Origin: a virus
Length of the DNA: 64,000 nucleotides
Direction: 5' to 3' (one strand)
IMG/VR virus record: IMGVR_UViG_3300035698_018475
Coordinates: 1 to 64,000 of that record
The notes beneath the pieces were generated by a model that searched no databases, was not told the origin of the DNA, and saw only the letters and a list, made by a program, of their open reading frames with translations. Positions 7,823 through 17,120 of this stretch are shown in pieces (within the stretch, counting starts at the first letter, position 1; each line of letters opens with the position of its first letter). The translations under genes were made by a program, and so were the position numbers.

Positions 7823-8867
7823 ATTAGATGCTATCGAGAGAGAGTACAAAGACTCTCAACAAAGTGGTCGTCAACGTTTTTGTTTTGTTAATGTTGGTAA
7901 GCTCGACCGGTTGGGGATAGAACAGTTCAAGCCAGCGGAGAGTAATAATTTTATTCGTATACTATGTAATCCGGATCAGGAAGGATTCTACGGGAAGAGG
8001 GTTCATGTTCATTCTAATGTAGGGGTGGATAATAAGACTTATATCTGTCCCAAAGGCACCTATGGTAAGAAGTGTCCTATATGTGAAGAAGTGGTTCAGA
8101 TGAAGAAAGCAGGGGAAGATCAGGAGTTGATCAATGAACTAAGGGCATTCACCAGGTATTTGTTCTTCATAGTAGATACTACCGATGCCGTCAGTGAAGA
8201 TAAGGGACTACAATGGTTTGATGCATCTCCCGGCATACGGGACGAAATAGTCACATTATCTGTAAATAAGAGGACTGGGAAGCCCATAGATGTATCTGAT
8301 CCTGAGGAAGGTAAAGAGATTGGTTTTACCCGGACCGGTAAGAGACTTAGGACGAGATATAAAGGTTTTGAGTTGTTAGAACCAGAGGTTGATATTCCGG
8401 ATGATGTTTATGATGAAGTTCCATTATTTGAGGATGTTTTGCAAGAAACCTCATATGATTTACTCGAAGAGGCTTTTGGTGGTATTACTCCTGATGAGGA
8501 AGTAAAGTCCAAGCGTAGTAGACGATCCAGGAAAGACAAAGACGATGATGACGATAATAAAGAGGAGGAGAAAGAGGAGGAGAAAGAAAAAAAATCTACC
8601 CGTAGTAGACGATCCAGGAAAGACAAAGACGATGATGACGATAAAGATGATATCCCTTTTGACGATAAGGGGGAAGAGGAAGGAAAGTCCAAGCGTAGTA
8701 GACGGTCCAGGAAAGACAACGATGACGATGATGATGAAGAGGAAGGAAAGTCTAGTCGTAGTAGACGATCCAGGAAAGACAAAGATGATGACGATGATGA
8801 TGAAGAGATGACTTTAAGAGAGAAACTTAGGCGTCGTAGAAAACAGAAGGCAGAAGAAGGGGATTAG
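7806..8867 (+). CDS. gp32-like single-stranded DNA-binding protein with repetitive charged tail
   Basis: N-terminal NFIRILC...VHVH...YICP...CPICE core, a long acidic tail, and a position upstream of uvsY-like and recA genes. Confidence 0.75.
   Translation: MMRKDRLDAIEREYKDSQQSGRQRFCFVNVGKLDRLGIEQFKPAESNNFIRILCNPDQEGFYGKRVHVHSNVGVDNKTYICPKGTYGKKCPICEEVVQMKKAGEDQELINELRAFTRYLFFIVDTTDAVSEDKGLQWFDASPGIRDEIVTLSVNKRTGKPIDVSDPEEGKEIGFTRTGKRLRTRYKGFELLEPEVDIPDDVYDEVPLFEDVLQETSYDLLEEAFGGITPDEEVKSKRSRRSRKDKDDDDDNKEEEKEEEKEKKSTRSRRSRKDKDDDDDKDDIPFDDKGEEEGKSKRSRRSRKDNDDDDDEEEGKSSRSRRSRKDKDDDDDDEEMTLREKLRRRRKQKAEEGD
8505..8800 (+). repeat. Four in-frame coding repeats (RSRRSRKDKDDDDD) in the SSB tail
   Basis: CGTAGTAGACG(A/G)TCCAGGAAAGACAA..GA(C/T)GA units start at about 8514, 8601, 8694 and 8757. 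Confidence 0.9.
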
Positions 8868-8869
8868 TA

Positions 8870-9190
8870 ATGAGGAAAATAAAAGGTCTTAATCATGCAA
8901 GGTTAGGTTCTGAAATTAACTGGCAAGAAAGGAAGTATGTAGAACGATTTCAGAAGGAGGATGATGACTTCTTCAAATATCTATTAACGCCATCGGAAAA
9001 TTATACTGCAAGAGGTCCGGTTAGATATGTGGAACCCACTGAAGAAGAGAAGAGGATAGTAGTATCGGTTATACAATGGCTCGGTTCTGCTTGTGGGCAG
9101 TCTTTTGTAAAAGAAGTTCAAAAGCAAATAGAGATGAAAGAACTGGAAACTGGGAGAGCCAAAAAGAAAAAGAAAAAGAAAAGGGAGTAA
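8870..9190 (+). CDS. Hypothetical protein
   Basis: Co-oriented, tightly packed ORF. Confidence 0.6.
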   Translation: MRKIKGLNHARLGSEINWQERKYVERFQKEDDDFFKYLLTPSENYTARGPVRYVEPTEEEKRIVVSVIQWLGSACGQSFVKEVQKQIEMKELETGRAKKKKKKKRE

Positions 9191-9195
9191 TTAGT

Positions 9196-9768
9196 GTGAG
9201 TATAACCACAAAAGAGGTTGTAGAGTTTATTGATAGTGTTAAAGAACGTATTCCTATAGATCAGTACGATCTGGATGGAGAGTGTGTGCGTCAAGTAGTA
9301 TTGTATGAAGAAGTCTCAAGTATGGCATCTATGGAACGTTCTGAGGTTAGACTAGCTAAAGAACATCTTGATAGTATTAAAGCACAGTCAAATGTTGATA
9401 TCCGGAAAGACCCTGAGGGTTCTGGTTTAACTGGAAAAGTAACTGAATCTTCTTTAACTAATTTTGTTGAAACTCGGGAGGAGATTAAAAATGCTAAGAA
9501 AGCTTGGTTGGATGAGGAAGAACTTTCCAACGCTTTAGATAGTATACTACGGACAGTTGAGCAGAGGAAGAGCATGCTGAGGGATCTTGTTCAACTATTT
9601 ATCTTCCAGTACTATCATGTGGAGAGTAAGAAACCAGTGGGTAGGAAAGATCTAAGAGATTCCCAGGAAGATGCTATAACTGCCGCCAGAGATAGTGGTA
9701 GGAAAAGGCGGAGATCGAGACAAACAGATAATGATCTTTCTCGGGAGGATCATGGGGATAGTGTATGA
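9196..9768 (+). CDS. UvsY-like recombination mediator
   Basis: Helical coiled-coil protein (ID.YDLD.E..RQ..LY ... K.TE...V ... EQRKSMLRDL) between SSB and recA. GTG start follows AGGGAG. Confidence 0.55.
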   Translation: MSITTKEVVEFIDSVKERIPIDQYDLDGECVRQVVLYEEVSSMASMERSEVRLAKEHLDSIKAQSNVDIRKDPEGSGLTGKVTESSLTNFVETREEIKNAKKAWLDEEELSNALDSILRTVEQRKSMLRDLVQLFIFQYYHVESKKPVGRKDLRDSQEDAITAARDSGRKRRRSRQTDNDLSREDHGDSV

Positions 9769-10853
9769 CTGAGTCTAAGAAAAGACGGCGAAGAACTCCT
9801 GGAGATGCAGCCAAGGAAGTCAGTGAAGGTTTGGCAGTACAAGATCTTTCTGAGGTCAGGTCTTGGATACCTACTGGATGTACTCTTCTTGATATAGCAA
9901 TATCCGGGAAATATCCTGGTGGGGTACCTTTGGGGCATACTGTTCATATTCTTGGTGGAGCATCTACAGCGAAGACCGTGCTGGGCATGACTATTCTTGG
10001 TGCGGTTCAGAGGGTGGGTGGTATAGCAATCTTTCAGGATCCGGAGTATACTTTTGATCCTGTTTGGGCCAAGTTGTTTGGTCTTGATTGTTCTAATGAG
10101 GATAATTGGAAGTGTGGTTGTTGGTGGAAGGGGGTGGAAGATCATTTACCAAATGAACAGCCTGGTACTATCGAGGAATTATTTGATGTTTATATCAAGA
10201 AGATAGTCACTCTGGATAAGGATCGACCAAAGGTTGTGGTAGTAGATAGTTTGACTGCACTTCCATCAGAGGTGGAGTTGAAGGATGAGATGGAGGATGG
10301 TACTTATGGAACCTCCAGAGCCAAACAGATTGGATTAGGAATAAGAAAGTATCTCCGTGAATTGAATAAATCAAATACTACCATAATTTTTATTGATCAA
10401 ACCAGGGATCAAATAAATTCATTTGGTAAGAAAGAAACGGTATCTGGTGGTAGGGCGTTGCAGTTCTATTCTTCTGTTAGGATACACCTTAAAGAAGAAG
10501 GGACAATAAAGAATAAGAGTAAGAAAGATATTGGAGTATGGCTTGGGTTTAAGATTATAAAGAACAAGGTGGCCGCACCAGGTAAGGCCAGTAAGTTCAG
10601 TATCATCTGGGATTATGGTTTGGATGATATTACATCTAATCTTGAGTTCTTAAAAGAGTTTCAAACTTTGGATGCCACAAAAGAGGAGAAGAAGTCCGGG
10701 AGGGTTGAGTTTGATGGTAAGAAATTATATGTACAGAAGATGATTGATCATATTGAGAATAACAATTTAGAGAAAGAGTTGCAACAAGAAGTTGCTTTAT
10801 GTTGGGAAATACTGTATGAAACTGAGTCTAGGAAATGTCGGGAGTGGAGTTAG
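9765..10853 (+). CDS. recA: RecA/UvsX recombinase
   Basis: PTG...LD.AI.G..PGG.P.G, P-loop GGASTAKT, VVDSLTAL, IFIDQTR, GGRALQFYSSVRI, KNKVAAP. Confidence 0.92.
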   Translation: MTESKKRRRRTPGDAAKEVSEGLAVQDLSEVRSWIPTGCTLLDIAISGKYPGGVPLGHTVHILGGASTAKTVLGMTILGAVQRVGGIAIFQDPEYTFDPVWAKLFGLDCSNEDNWKCGCWWKGVEDHLPNEQPGTIEELFDVYIKKIVTLDKDRPKVVVVDSLTALPSEVELKDEMEDGTYGTSRAKQIGLGIRKYLRELNKSNTTIIFIDQTRDQINSFGKKETVSGGRALQFYSSVRIHLKEEGTIKNKSKKDIGVWLGFKIIKNKVAAPGKASKFSIIWDYGLDDITSNLEFLKEFQTLDATKEEKKSGRVEFDGKKLYVQKMIDHIENNNLEKELQQEVALCWEILYETESRKCREWS

Positions 10854-10904
10854 CTTTTCTCCTCCTTTGTTCCCCATTCCTTTTGTGGGATGGTGGGTTT
10901 GATT

Positions 10905-10940
10905 GGTAGGGGCCTGCCGTAGGTGGGTCTCTACCTTTTT
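10905..10940 (+). terminator. Rho-independent terminator
   Basis: GGTAGGGGCCTGCC-GTA-GGTGGGTCTCTACC hairpin followed by TTTTT, downstream of recA. Confidence 0.7.
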
Positions 10941-10955
10941 AGGAAATAATGTAGT

Positions 10956-11744
10956 ATGAGTAATAAACGGACTTATATTGGTATTGATCTTTCACTGAAT
11001 CATTTTGGTATTTGTGCTACTTCTGATGATAGTAAATTTATAAATTGGGGTTACTTAACAGATAAGAAGAAATACCGGCCTACGAATTATTCTAGTTTTA
11101 ATTGTACTCAATACTATTTAACTGAAAAAGGGAAGGGAGAAGATCGGAATCTATTCCTAGCTCGAAGAAGATGTATAGTTTATCAAAGTCTGATTAACTT
11201 TTTATATAAGTTTCATCCTCCAATTCAATGCAGAAGAAGAAATAAATTTTTCACTTATGTTTGTATGGAAGATGTGGTGTATACCAATAAGACTAATTCT
11301 TCTTATGAATTGGCAGAGATTATAGGATTAGTTAAATATTATTTGTGGGAGAATAATTTTCACCTCCGTCTATTAGCTCCTGGATCTCTCAAATTGTGGG
11401 CTACTGGTAAAGGGAATGCACTCAAGAAAGATATGGTGGCAGTAGTAGAGAGATCATTGGGGGAAGATATAGATCTTTCTTTTCTTGATAAATTGATGGT
11501 GGAAAGGAAGAGGAAAAGGAAGGGGAAAGAACCCTTGGTAGATTTGGATGGTCCCGGTACTGATATGGCCGAAGCTTTTCTTATGGCTCGTTTTGTTGAG
11601 GAAGAGTTAATAATACGTGATGGTATTTCAGATCTAAAGGATCTAGCAGAACATCGGAGGAATGTTTTTCTCCGTACCACTCCAGCACACCCGGTGAATA
11701 TCCTGGCCACACCTTTTATACATAAAGGAGAAGTAAGTGAGTAG
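10956..11744 (+). CDS. ruvC: RuvC-like Holliday junction resolvase
   Basis: YIGIDLSL..FG, MED, ELAE..G.VK..L, P.SLK.WATGKGNA.K..M and D.AEA. Confidence 0.8.
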   Translation: MSNKRTYIGIDLSLNHFGICATSDDSKFINWGYLTDKKKYRPTNYSSFNCTQYYLTEKGKGEDRNLFLARRRCIVYQSLINFLYKFHPPIQCRRRNKFFTYVCMEDVVYTNKTNSSYELAEIIGLVKYYLWENNFHLRLLAPGSLKLWATGKGNALKKDMVAVVERSLGEDIDLSFLDKLMVERKRKRKGKEPLVDLDGPGTDMAEAFLMARFVEEELIIRDGISDLKDLAEHRRNVFLRTTPAHPVNILATPFIHKGEVSE

Positions 11745-11851
11745 AAGAAATAAAAACAATTCCTGGTTGGGATACCTCATCACCTCTTTTTCCCGATGTG
11801 TTTCCAAATTCTGGCTGGGAGTTGTTTTATTTACTAGTGAAAGAGGAATGA

Positions 11852-12016
11852 ATGAAAAGAGGTAACAAAGTTAAGTTGAAAGCTATTGATGTGGAAGGTG
11901 TAATAAGAGCTGTTTGTAAATCATCTATCACTACTTATAAAATAAGTTATTGGTGGGATGGCATACGTAAAGAGGAATGGTTGGAACCTGATGAATTTAC
12001 TATAATTAGTGAGTAG
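11852..12016 (+). CDS. Small hypothetical protein (54 aa)
   Basis: MKRGNKVKLK...ISYWWDG..KEEW; AGAGGA RBS. Not in the track. Confidence 0.6.
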   Translation: MKRGNKVKLKAIDVEGVIRAVCKSSITTYKISYWWDGIRKEEWLEPDEFTIISE

Positions 12017-12031
12017 GGATAGTACAGAGTT

Positions 12032-13129
12032 ATGTTAAAGAAGATACTGATAAAGAATTTTCAATCCCATGCAGATACGTGCATTGAGTTTGATCCAGGT
12101 GTGACCCTGTTGACAGGAACCTCTAATAACGGCAAAACGGTTGTTTTAAGAGCGTTAAATTGGATAATTAACAATCGACCCACGGGGGATGCTTATATCC
12201 GAAATGGGGAGGATTCCTGCGAAGTCCGGTTGTTTACTGATAAATGCGAAATCAGGAAAGTTCGGGGTAAAAAGGATAATTTCTATACCCTCACTACTGG
12301 AGGAGAAGAAGTTAAATTTTCTTCTATGGGCACCACGGTTCCTGAAGAGATCACTGATTCTCTAGGAATAGCACCTATTAACATTCAACAGCAGTTAGAT
12401 CCTTACTTTCTAGTTTTGGAAAGTCCTGGAAAGGTGGGTTCCTATTTTAATTCTGTTATGAAGTTGGAGGAAGTGCAGGAAGTAATATCTCATACTACTG
12501 GGCATATTAGATCAGAGAGTCACGATCTAGTTCGGTTGGAAGCAGAGAAGTCTGATTTAGATAAAGAACTGGCTTTCTACCAGGAGTTGGATCTAGTCAG
12601 GTTTGAGAAGAATGTCAAGGCCCATGAGAAGTTACAACAGGAAATAATAGATCTTCATGGTTATAATCATCAGTTATTAAAAGCAAAGATTGATCTTCAT
12701 AAGGTGGAAGAACAATTAGTGGAGTTTCCCTTCTCTGATGTGGAGGTTATGCTGGGGGAATCTAGTGGTAAGCAAATAGATATTGCTGCATCCTCCAGTG
12801 CATTGGCGGATCTTATTGATCTAATAACTGGTATAGAGGATGTGAATGGTCGTCTTTCTATGTTGGATATAACCAGGATTGACCAGGTGCAGGAGGGAAG
12901 TATCGGTTTATCTTCCAGTGTGAAGGAATATAGAAGATCAGTAGAAGATCTGGATGATTTACTGGAGGATCTTGAGGATATAGAAAATGGAGTGGATGCA
13001 GTAGATAAACGCATCACAATTTTTGTTAAAGAGAAGAAAGAGTTGATGCTTCAATTGGATACTTGTCCTTATTGTTTGCACCCATTGGATGAAGAAGGTA
13101 AGAAGAATCTTCTGGGAGTAGAGGAGTAA
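12032..13129 (+). CDS. sbcC: SbcC/Rad50 ATPase, N-terminal half (Walker A, coiled coil, Zn hook)
   Basis: IKNFQSH..T.IEF..G...LTG.SN.GKT..LRAL, IQQQLDPYFL and a terminal CPYC; no Walker B. Confidence 0.85.
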   Translation: MLKKILIKNFQSHADTCIEFDPGVTLLTGTSNNGKTVVLRALNWIINNRPTGDAYIRNGEDSCEVRLFTDKCEIRKVRGKKDNFYTLTTGGEEVKFSSMGTTVPEEITDSLGIAPINIQQQLDPYFLVLESPGKVGSYFNSVMKLEEVQEVISHTTGHIRSESHDLVRLEAEKSDLDKELAFYQELDLVRFEKNVKAHEKLQQEIIDLHGYNHQLLKAKIDLHKVEEQLVEFPFSDVEVMLGESSGKQIDIAASSSALADLIDLITGIEDVNGRLSMLDITRIDQVQEGSIGLSSSVKEYRRSVEDLDDLLEDLEDIENGVDAVDKRITIFVKEKKELMLQLDTCPYCLHPLDEEGKKNLLGVEE

Positions 13130-13131
13130 GG

Positions 13132-13323
13132 TTGACTGATTTTGTAGAAGATGATGAGACTGAGGAACTTCAAGAGATGGTACAAGAACTACTCGATGTG
13201 GATCAAGGTCTATATAGTGGGGAGATGGACTTTTTGGAGAACATAGATTCTGAGTGGGAAGGTAATTTTACTGTAAGACAAGCTCGGTGGATACGAAAAA
13301 TTCATGAAAGGGTAATTGGATGA
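13132..13323 (+). CDS. Hypothetical protein
   Basis: Tightly packed ORF overlapping the next start. Confidence 0.6.
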   Translation: MTDFVEDDETEELQEMVQELLDVDQGLYSGEMDFLENIDSEWEGNFTVRQARWIRKIHERVIG

Positions 13324-13622
13324 AGATTTTGAAGGATGAACCAAGAGAAGAACCGAAAGAAGAACCAAAACAAGCAACGAAAGGTAAGAGGATAGAATTT
13401 GTGGATCGTTTTGGAAGTAAGTGCATAGTCCGTAAGAGTACACTTATGAAAGAAGAAGGTGGGTTGGAGTTAGGGGTTGAGGTATTGTCGGAGTTACTAA
13501 ATCCTGAGGGACCTCAAACTATGCATATTCCAAAAGATGTGGTACAGGATTTGATTCCACATCTCCAGGCTTTTGTTGAGGTGGGGGATATTGATCTCAA
13601 TCAAGAAGAAGAGGTTAAGTGA
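13320..13622 (+). CDS. Hypothetical protein
   Basis: 4-nt overlaps at both ends. Confidence 0.6.
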   Translation: MKILKDEPREEPKEEPKQATKGKRIEFVDRFGSKCIVRKSTLMKEEGGLELGVEVLSELLNPEGPQTMHIPKDVVQDLIPHLQAFVEVGDIDLNQEEEVK

Positions 13623-14554
13623 TGAAGTTACTCCTACTGGGTGATACACATTTCTCAGGGAAAGCCCCCGAGAGAAGGTTGGACGACTACTTTGAGACTC
13701 AACTAAAGAAGTTTAGGCAGGTTCTAGATATTGCTCAGGAATATGATTGTGCTACTATTATACAAACAGGGGACTTCTTTGATTCCCCCTATGTTTCTAA
13801 TCATGTTAAAGCTGCTTTGATAACCATACTAATAGAATCTGATGTAAGACTCTTTTGTATCTTTGGTCAGCATGATATATATGGTCATTCTTCTCAAACT
13901 TATTATAGAAGTCCATTAGCAGTTCTAGAAGCCGCATTGGGTTTGGAAGTATTAAGAAATCATAATTCCAGACCATTTTGTAATGATAGTATACGTATGT
14001 ATGGTGCCTCTTTTGGTGAGCCAGTTCCTGAGTTATCCCCTTATTGCAAGAGTTTAGACTCCTTTAATATTCTTGTTGTACATGATATGATAGGAGATAG
14101 AGAACTCTATCCTGGGCAAGAATTGAAAGGTCCCAGGAATTATCTAAGGAAGTATAAAGACTTTGACCTTGTCGTTGCAGGTGATTATCATTATTCCTTC
14201 TGGGATAAACTGGGAGATAGGGTTATATGTAATCCTGGATGTATGATGCGGAAGACTATAAGTAAGTTCGATCTTGAGCATAAACCTGGGGTATTTATAT
14301 TTGATACTATTAAGAGGGAGAAGAATTGGATACCACTAGATATAGAACCAGTGGAAGATGTTTTTGATCTTTCTGTGGTGCCCAAGAGAGATACATCTAA
14401 AGTGATGGAGTTCATTGAGAATCTTAGGAACAGTAAAGAAGTTAAGTCCACTTGGAGACATGTTCTCCAGGAGCTTATGGATAAGGAAAAGACTGGTAAG
14501 CCAGTGAGAGAATTGTTGGATACCATTATAGGTGAGGTGTTGAAGGATGAGTGA
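13619..14554 (+). CDS. sbcD: SbcD/Mre11 metallophosphoesterase nuclease
   Basis: GDTH, TGDFFD, GQHD, VHDM, GDYH and NPGC phosphoesterase motifs. Confidence 0.88.
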   Translation: MMKLLLLGDTHFSGKAPERRLDDYFETQLKKFRQVLDIAQEYDCATIIQTGDFFDSPYVSNHVKAALITILIESDVRLFCIFGQHDIYGHSSQTYYRSPLAVLEAALGLEVLRNHNSRPFCNDSIRMYGASFGEPVPELSPYCKSLDSFNILVVHDMIGDRELYPGQELKGPRNYLRKYKDFDLVVAGDYHYSFWDKLGDRVICNPGCMMRKTISKFDLEHKPGVFIFDTIKREKNWIPLDIEPVEDVFDLSVVPKRDTSKVMEFIENLRNSKEVKSTWRHVLQELMDKEKTGKPVRELLDTIIGEVLKDE

Positions 14555-14798
14555 TAATACTTTAACTAAGTTGAAAAGTAAGACCCAGGAATTGCAGAGA
14601 TTGAGGGATAAGTTTAATTCTCTGAAAGGTCAGCAGGAAGTCTTATTAAAGACTCTGAAGGATAAGTTCGAAGTCGAAACCGTACAAGAGGCTGAAGCAC
14701 TCCTGGAGAAGAAAGAGAAAGAGTTGGAGAAGAAGGAGAAGGAAGCATCTGAATTGGTGCAGGAGATGGAAGAGATTATAGAGAAGTGTGAAAGGTAA
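14547..14798 (+). CDS. Coiled-coil protein (possible third piece of split SbcC)
   Basis: 83 aa, almost wholly heptad-like; overlaps the sbcD stop. Confidence 0.65.
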   Translation: MSDNTLTKLKSKTQELQRLRDKFNSLKGQQEVLLKTLKDKFEVETVQEAEALLEKKEKELEKKEKEASELVQEMEEIIEKCER

Positions 14799-14809
14799 CT
14801 AGTGAAATT

Positions 14810-15133
14810 ATGAGTCGAGATCATCACTTTGCGAAGCCGTGGTATGAACGTGAAGCAGAGGAAAGTCAATTATACTATCGTTTTCTAAACTGGCTTTACA
14901 ATTTGTTTGGTCAAGGAAAGCCATTCGGTCTGCCTTACAGGTGTACTGAATGTAATGACAAGATTCCTGCGTATTGTAAAGAAGATGATGGATTATGTCG
15001 TCTTTGCTCGACGAATAAATGGTGCAATAGTCCTGAGCCATGGCTCCTTGCCAAAAGGATCGTTGATTCCGGACTGATGGACGGCCCAGAAGAAAGAATC
15101 AGCCTCGAAGATTTACTACGTAAATGTAAATGA
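14810..15133 (+). CDS. Hypothetical Cys-rich protein
   Basis: CxxC...C....CxxC; co-oriented. Confidence 0.55.
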   Translation: MSRDHHFAKPWYEREAEESQLYYRFLNWLYNLFGQGKPFGLPYRCTECNDKIPAYCKEDDGLCRLCSTNKWCNSPEPWLLAKRIVDSGLMDGPEERISLEDLLRKCK

Positions 15134-15339
15134 GATATTATAGAGAAGTGTAAAAGTAAAGGTTAAGATGATACATAAGATAATAGATATTTTTAGTATT
15201 ATTTTGTTGGTGTTTGTAATATTAGTTGCTATTTATCTTTCGCTGGAATTATATTTGTATAGTAAATGTAGGAAAAGTGATGAAGATATGTATAGTAATG
15301 GGTTTAAGTTGTGGTGGAAAAGTAGGAAGACAAATTCAA

Positions 15340-15948
15340 ATGAATAAATACTCTGATTTTCTGGCAGTTACTAAAGCAAGTATATCCAAGTTAGAGAAGG
15401 ATAGAGATATAGTACAAAAAGCTATAAGTAGTAAGAGTACTTTAGTGGAAAATCTTGAAGAGTCCAGGGATCTAATGAACTCTGTGGGTGTAATCTGCCA
15501 GGAGAATATGAAGAATGTCGTTGAAGAACTGGTCAGTCAAGCCCTGGAAGCAGTGTTTGGTGTGGGGCATTGGTTTGAAATGGAGTCCAAAGTTGTCAGG
15601 AATCAACCTGAGATATATATGTATATGGTCAGGGATGGTCAGAGATTTAGTCTCAAGGAAGAGCTGGGTGGTGGTGTGGTGGATCTGGTGTCTTTCATAT
15701 TAAGGATAGTCCTTTGGTCTGTGAGTAGTCCAAGATCGGCAAGTGTCATGATCCTGGACGAACCCGGGAAATTCATATCAAAAGATCTCCAAGAGTCGTT
15801 TGGGGAAATCATATCAGAGCTAAGTAAGATGCTGAGTATTCAGTTCATCCTAATCAGTCATGAGGAAGAACTTATAAAGACTGCAAATATATCATATAGT
15901 GTGATTTTATCCAAGGGTATAAGTACAGTGGAGCGTTTGGATGAGTAG
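15340..15948 (+). CDS. sbcC: SbcC/Rad50 ATPase, C-terminal half (signature, Walker B, H-loop)
   Basis: SLKEELGGGVVD (ABC signature variant), MILDEPGKF and FILISH. Probable ATG at 15340. Confidence 0.85.
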   Translation: MNKYSDFLAVTKASISKLEKDRDIVQKAISSKSTLVENLEESRDLMNSVGVICQENMKNVVEELVSQALEAVFGVGHWFEMESKVVRNQPEIYMYMVRDGQRFSLKEELGGGVVDLVSFILRIVLWSVSSPRSASVMILDEPGKFISKDLQESFGEIISELSKMLSIQFILISHEEELIKTANISYSVILSKGISTVERLDE

Positions 15949-16498
15949 TAATTTAGATAATCTCTCTTTGTTTTATACTGCAAATCAATTGGACAAAGTT
16001 TTTCACAAGATGCTTGTGGAAATAGTAGCGAGGATGAATGAGGATGATGTTTTTATCACAGTTCTGAAGGGAGGTCCTTTTGTAGCTTCTCGTCTATTTT
16101 CTGAGTTCATCTTGGGGGATGAGGTAATCTTTGATTTTGTTGGTATAAGAAGTTACAAGCATGGGGAGACCAAATCAGGGGAACTTGATTGTTATTGTCC
16201 ATTAACTCTTTCTCCCGAATTGGTTGATGGTAAGAATATTTTTATCATAGATGATGTGATAGAGACAGGGAAGACTCTTCTTAGTATAAGAGTAGCTTTG
16301 TCGTTTAAGTATAATCCTAAGAACATCTACACTTGTGTACTGGTTAATAAGGAAAGTGATGAGAGAGTAGATGATTACCAACTCGATATTGTTGGAGTAG
16401 AATATGATGGTACTAGGTTCTTGGTTGGTTGTGGTATGGATTTTGAGGAACGTTATCGTGGATTAGATGATATTTATACTATGGATCCAGGAGATTGA
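15941..16498 (+). CDS. hpt: Hypoxanthine/guanine phosphoribosyltransferase
   Basis: VLKGG..., PRPP loop IIDDVIETGKTL, FLVGCGMDFEERYRGL. Confidence 0.88.
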   Translation: MSSNLDNLSLFYTANQLDKVFHKMLVEIVARMNEDDVFITVLKGGPFVASRLFSEFILGDEVIFDFVGIRSYKHGETKSGELDCYCPLTLSPELVDGKNIFIIDDVIETGKTLLSIRVALSFKYNPKNIYTCVLVNKESDERVDDYQLDIVGVEYDGTRFLVGCGMDFEERYRGLDDIYTMDPGD

Positions 16499-16501
16499 TA
16501 T

Positions 16502-17119
16502 ATGCAATTAGTTAAACCTTCAATTGAATTTATGTCGATTACAGAAAATCCTCTACAAGCTATTGAACTGGCTGGAAGGACTTGCTATAAGAGTGAGGAT
16601 AAGATTACCCCAGATTCGGCACAGCAGTTTGTTCGTAAGTTACTAACCCGTGGACATCTAGCTATGATTGAGCATGCTTCTGCGAGTAATCGAGTAATCT
16701 GTGATAGAGGGGTGACTCATGAAGTTGTTAGACATCGACTTTTTAGCTATGCTCAAGAGTCTACTCGATACTGTAATTATTCTGGTGGTGTTACTTACAT
16801 ACAGCCTCCTTGGGTAAGTGAAAAAGCTGTAAGTGATACGGATGTAATTTGGCATCATTGTATGTTTGAATGTGAATCAGCATATAAAAAATTATTAACC
16901 CGTGGTTGGACACCACAAATGGCACGCGGTGTATTGCCTAATGCACTTAAAACTGAAATCGTTATAACGGGGAATCTTCGGGAGTGGTTACACTTTTTTA
17001 CCCTAAGGTGTGCAAAGACCGCACACCCACAGATGCGAGAAGTAGCTGATATGTTACTTACGGATATACAGGGGAAAGTACCTATAATTTTTGATAGGAT
17101 AAAGTTGGAAGGAGCTTAA
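16502..17119 (+). CDS. thyX: FAD-dependent thymidylate synthase
   Basis: AGRTCYKS, GH.AMIEH, THEVVRHR..SYAQESTRY, ARGVLPN. Confidence 0.95.
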   Translation: MQLVKPSIEFMSITENPLQAIELAGRTCYKSEDKITPDSAQQFVRKLLTRGHLAMIEHASASNRVICDRGVTHEVVRHRLFSYAQESTRYCNYSGGVTYIQPPWVSEKAVSDTDVIWHHCMFECESAYKKLLTRGWTPQMARGVLPNALKTEIVITGNLREWLHFFTLRCAKTAHPQMREVADMLLTDIQGKVPIIFDRIKLEGA

Positions 17120-17120
17120 T

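Noticed and set aside
8505-8800. Repeat-spacer pattern resembling a CRISPR array
   Set aside because: Units are in frame within the SSB ORF, spacers are low-complexity coding sequence, repeats are not palindromic, and no cas genes are present.
9765-10853. RecA P-loop GGASTAKT as a sign of inactivation
   Set aside because: Phage UvsX-type recombinases often deviate at this position; the Lys/Thr and Walker B residues are intact.
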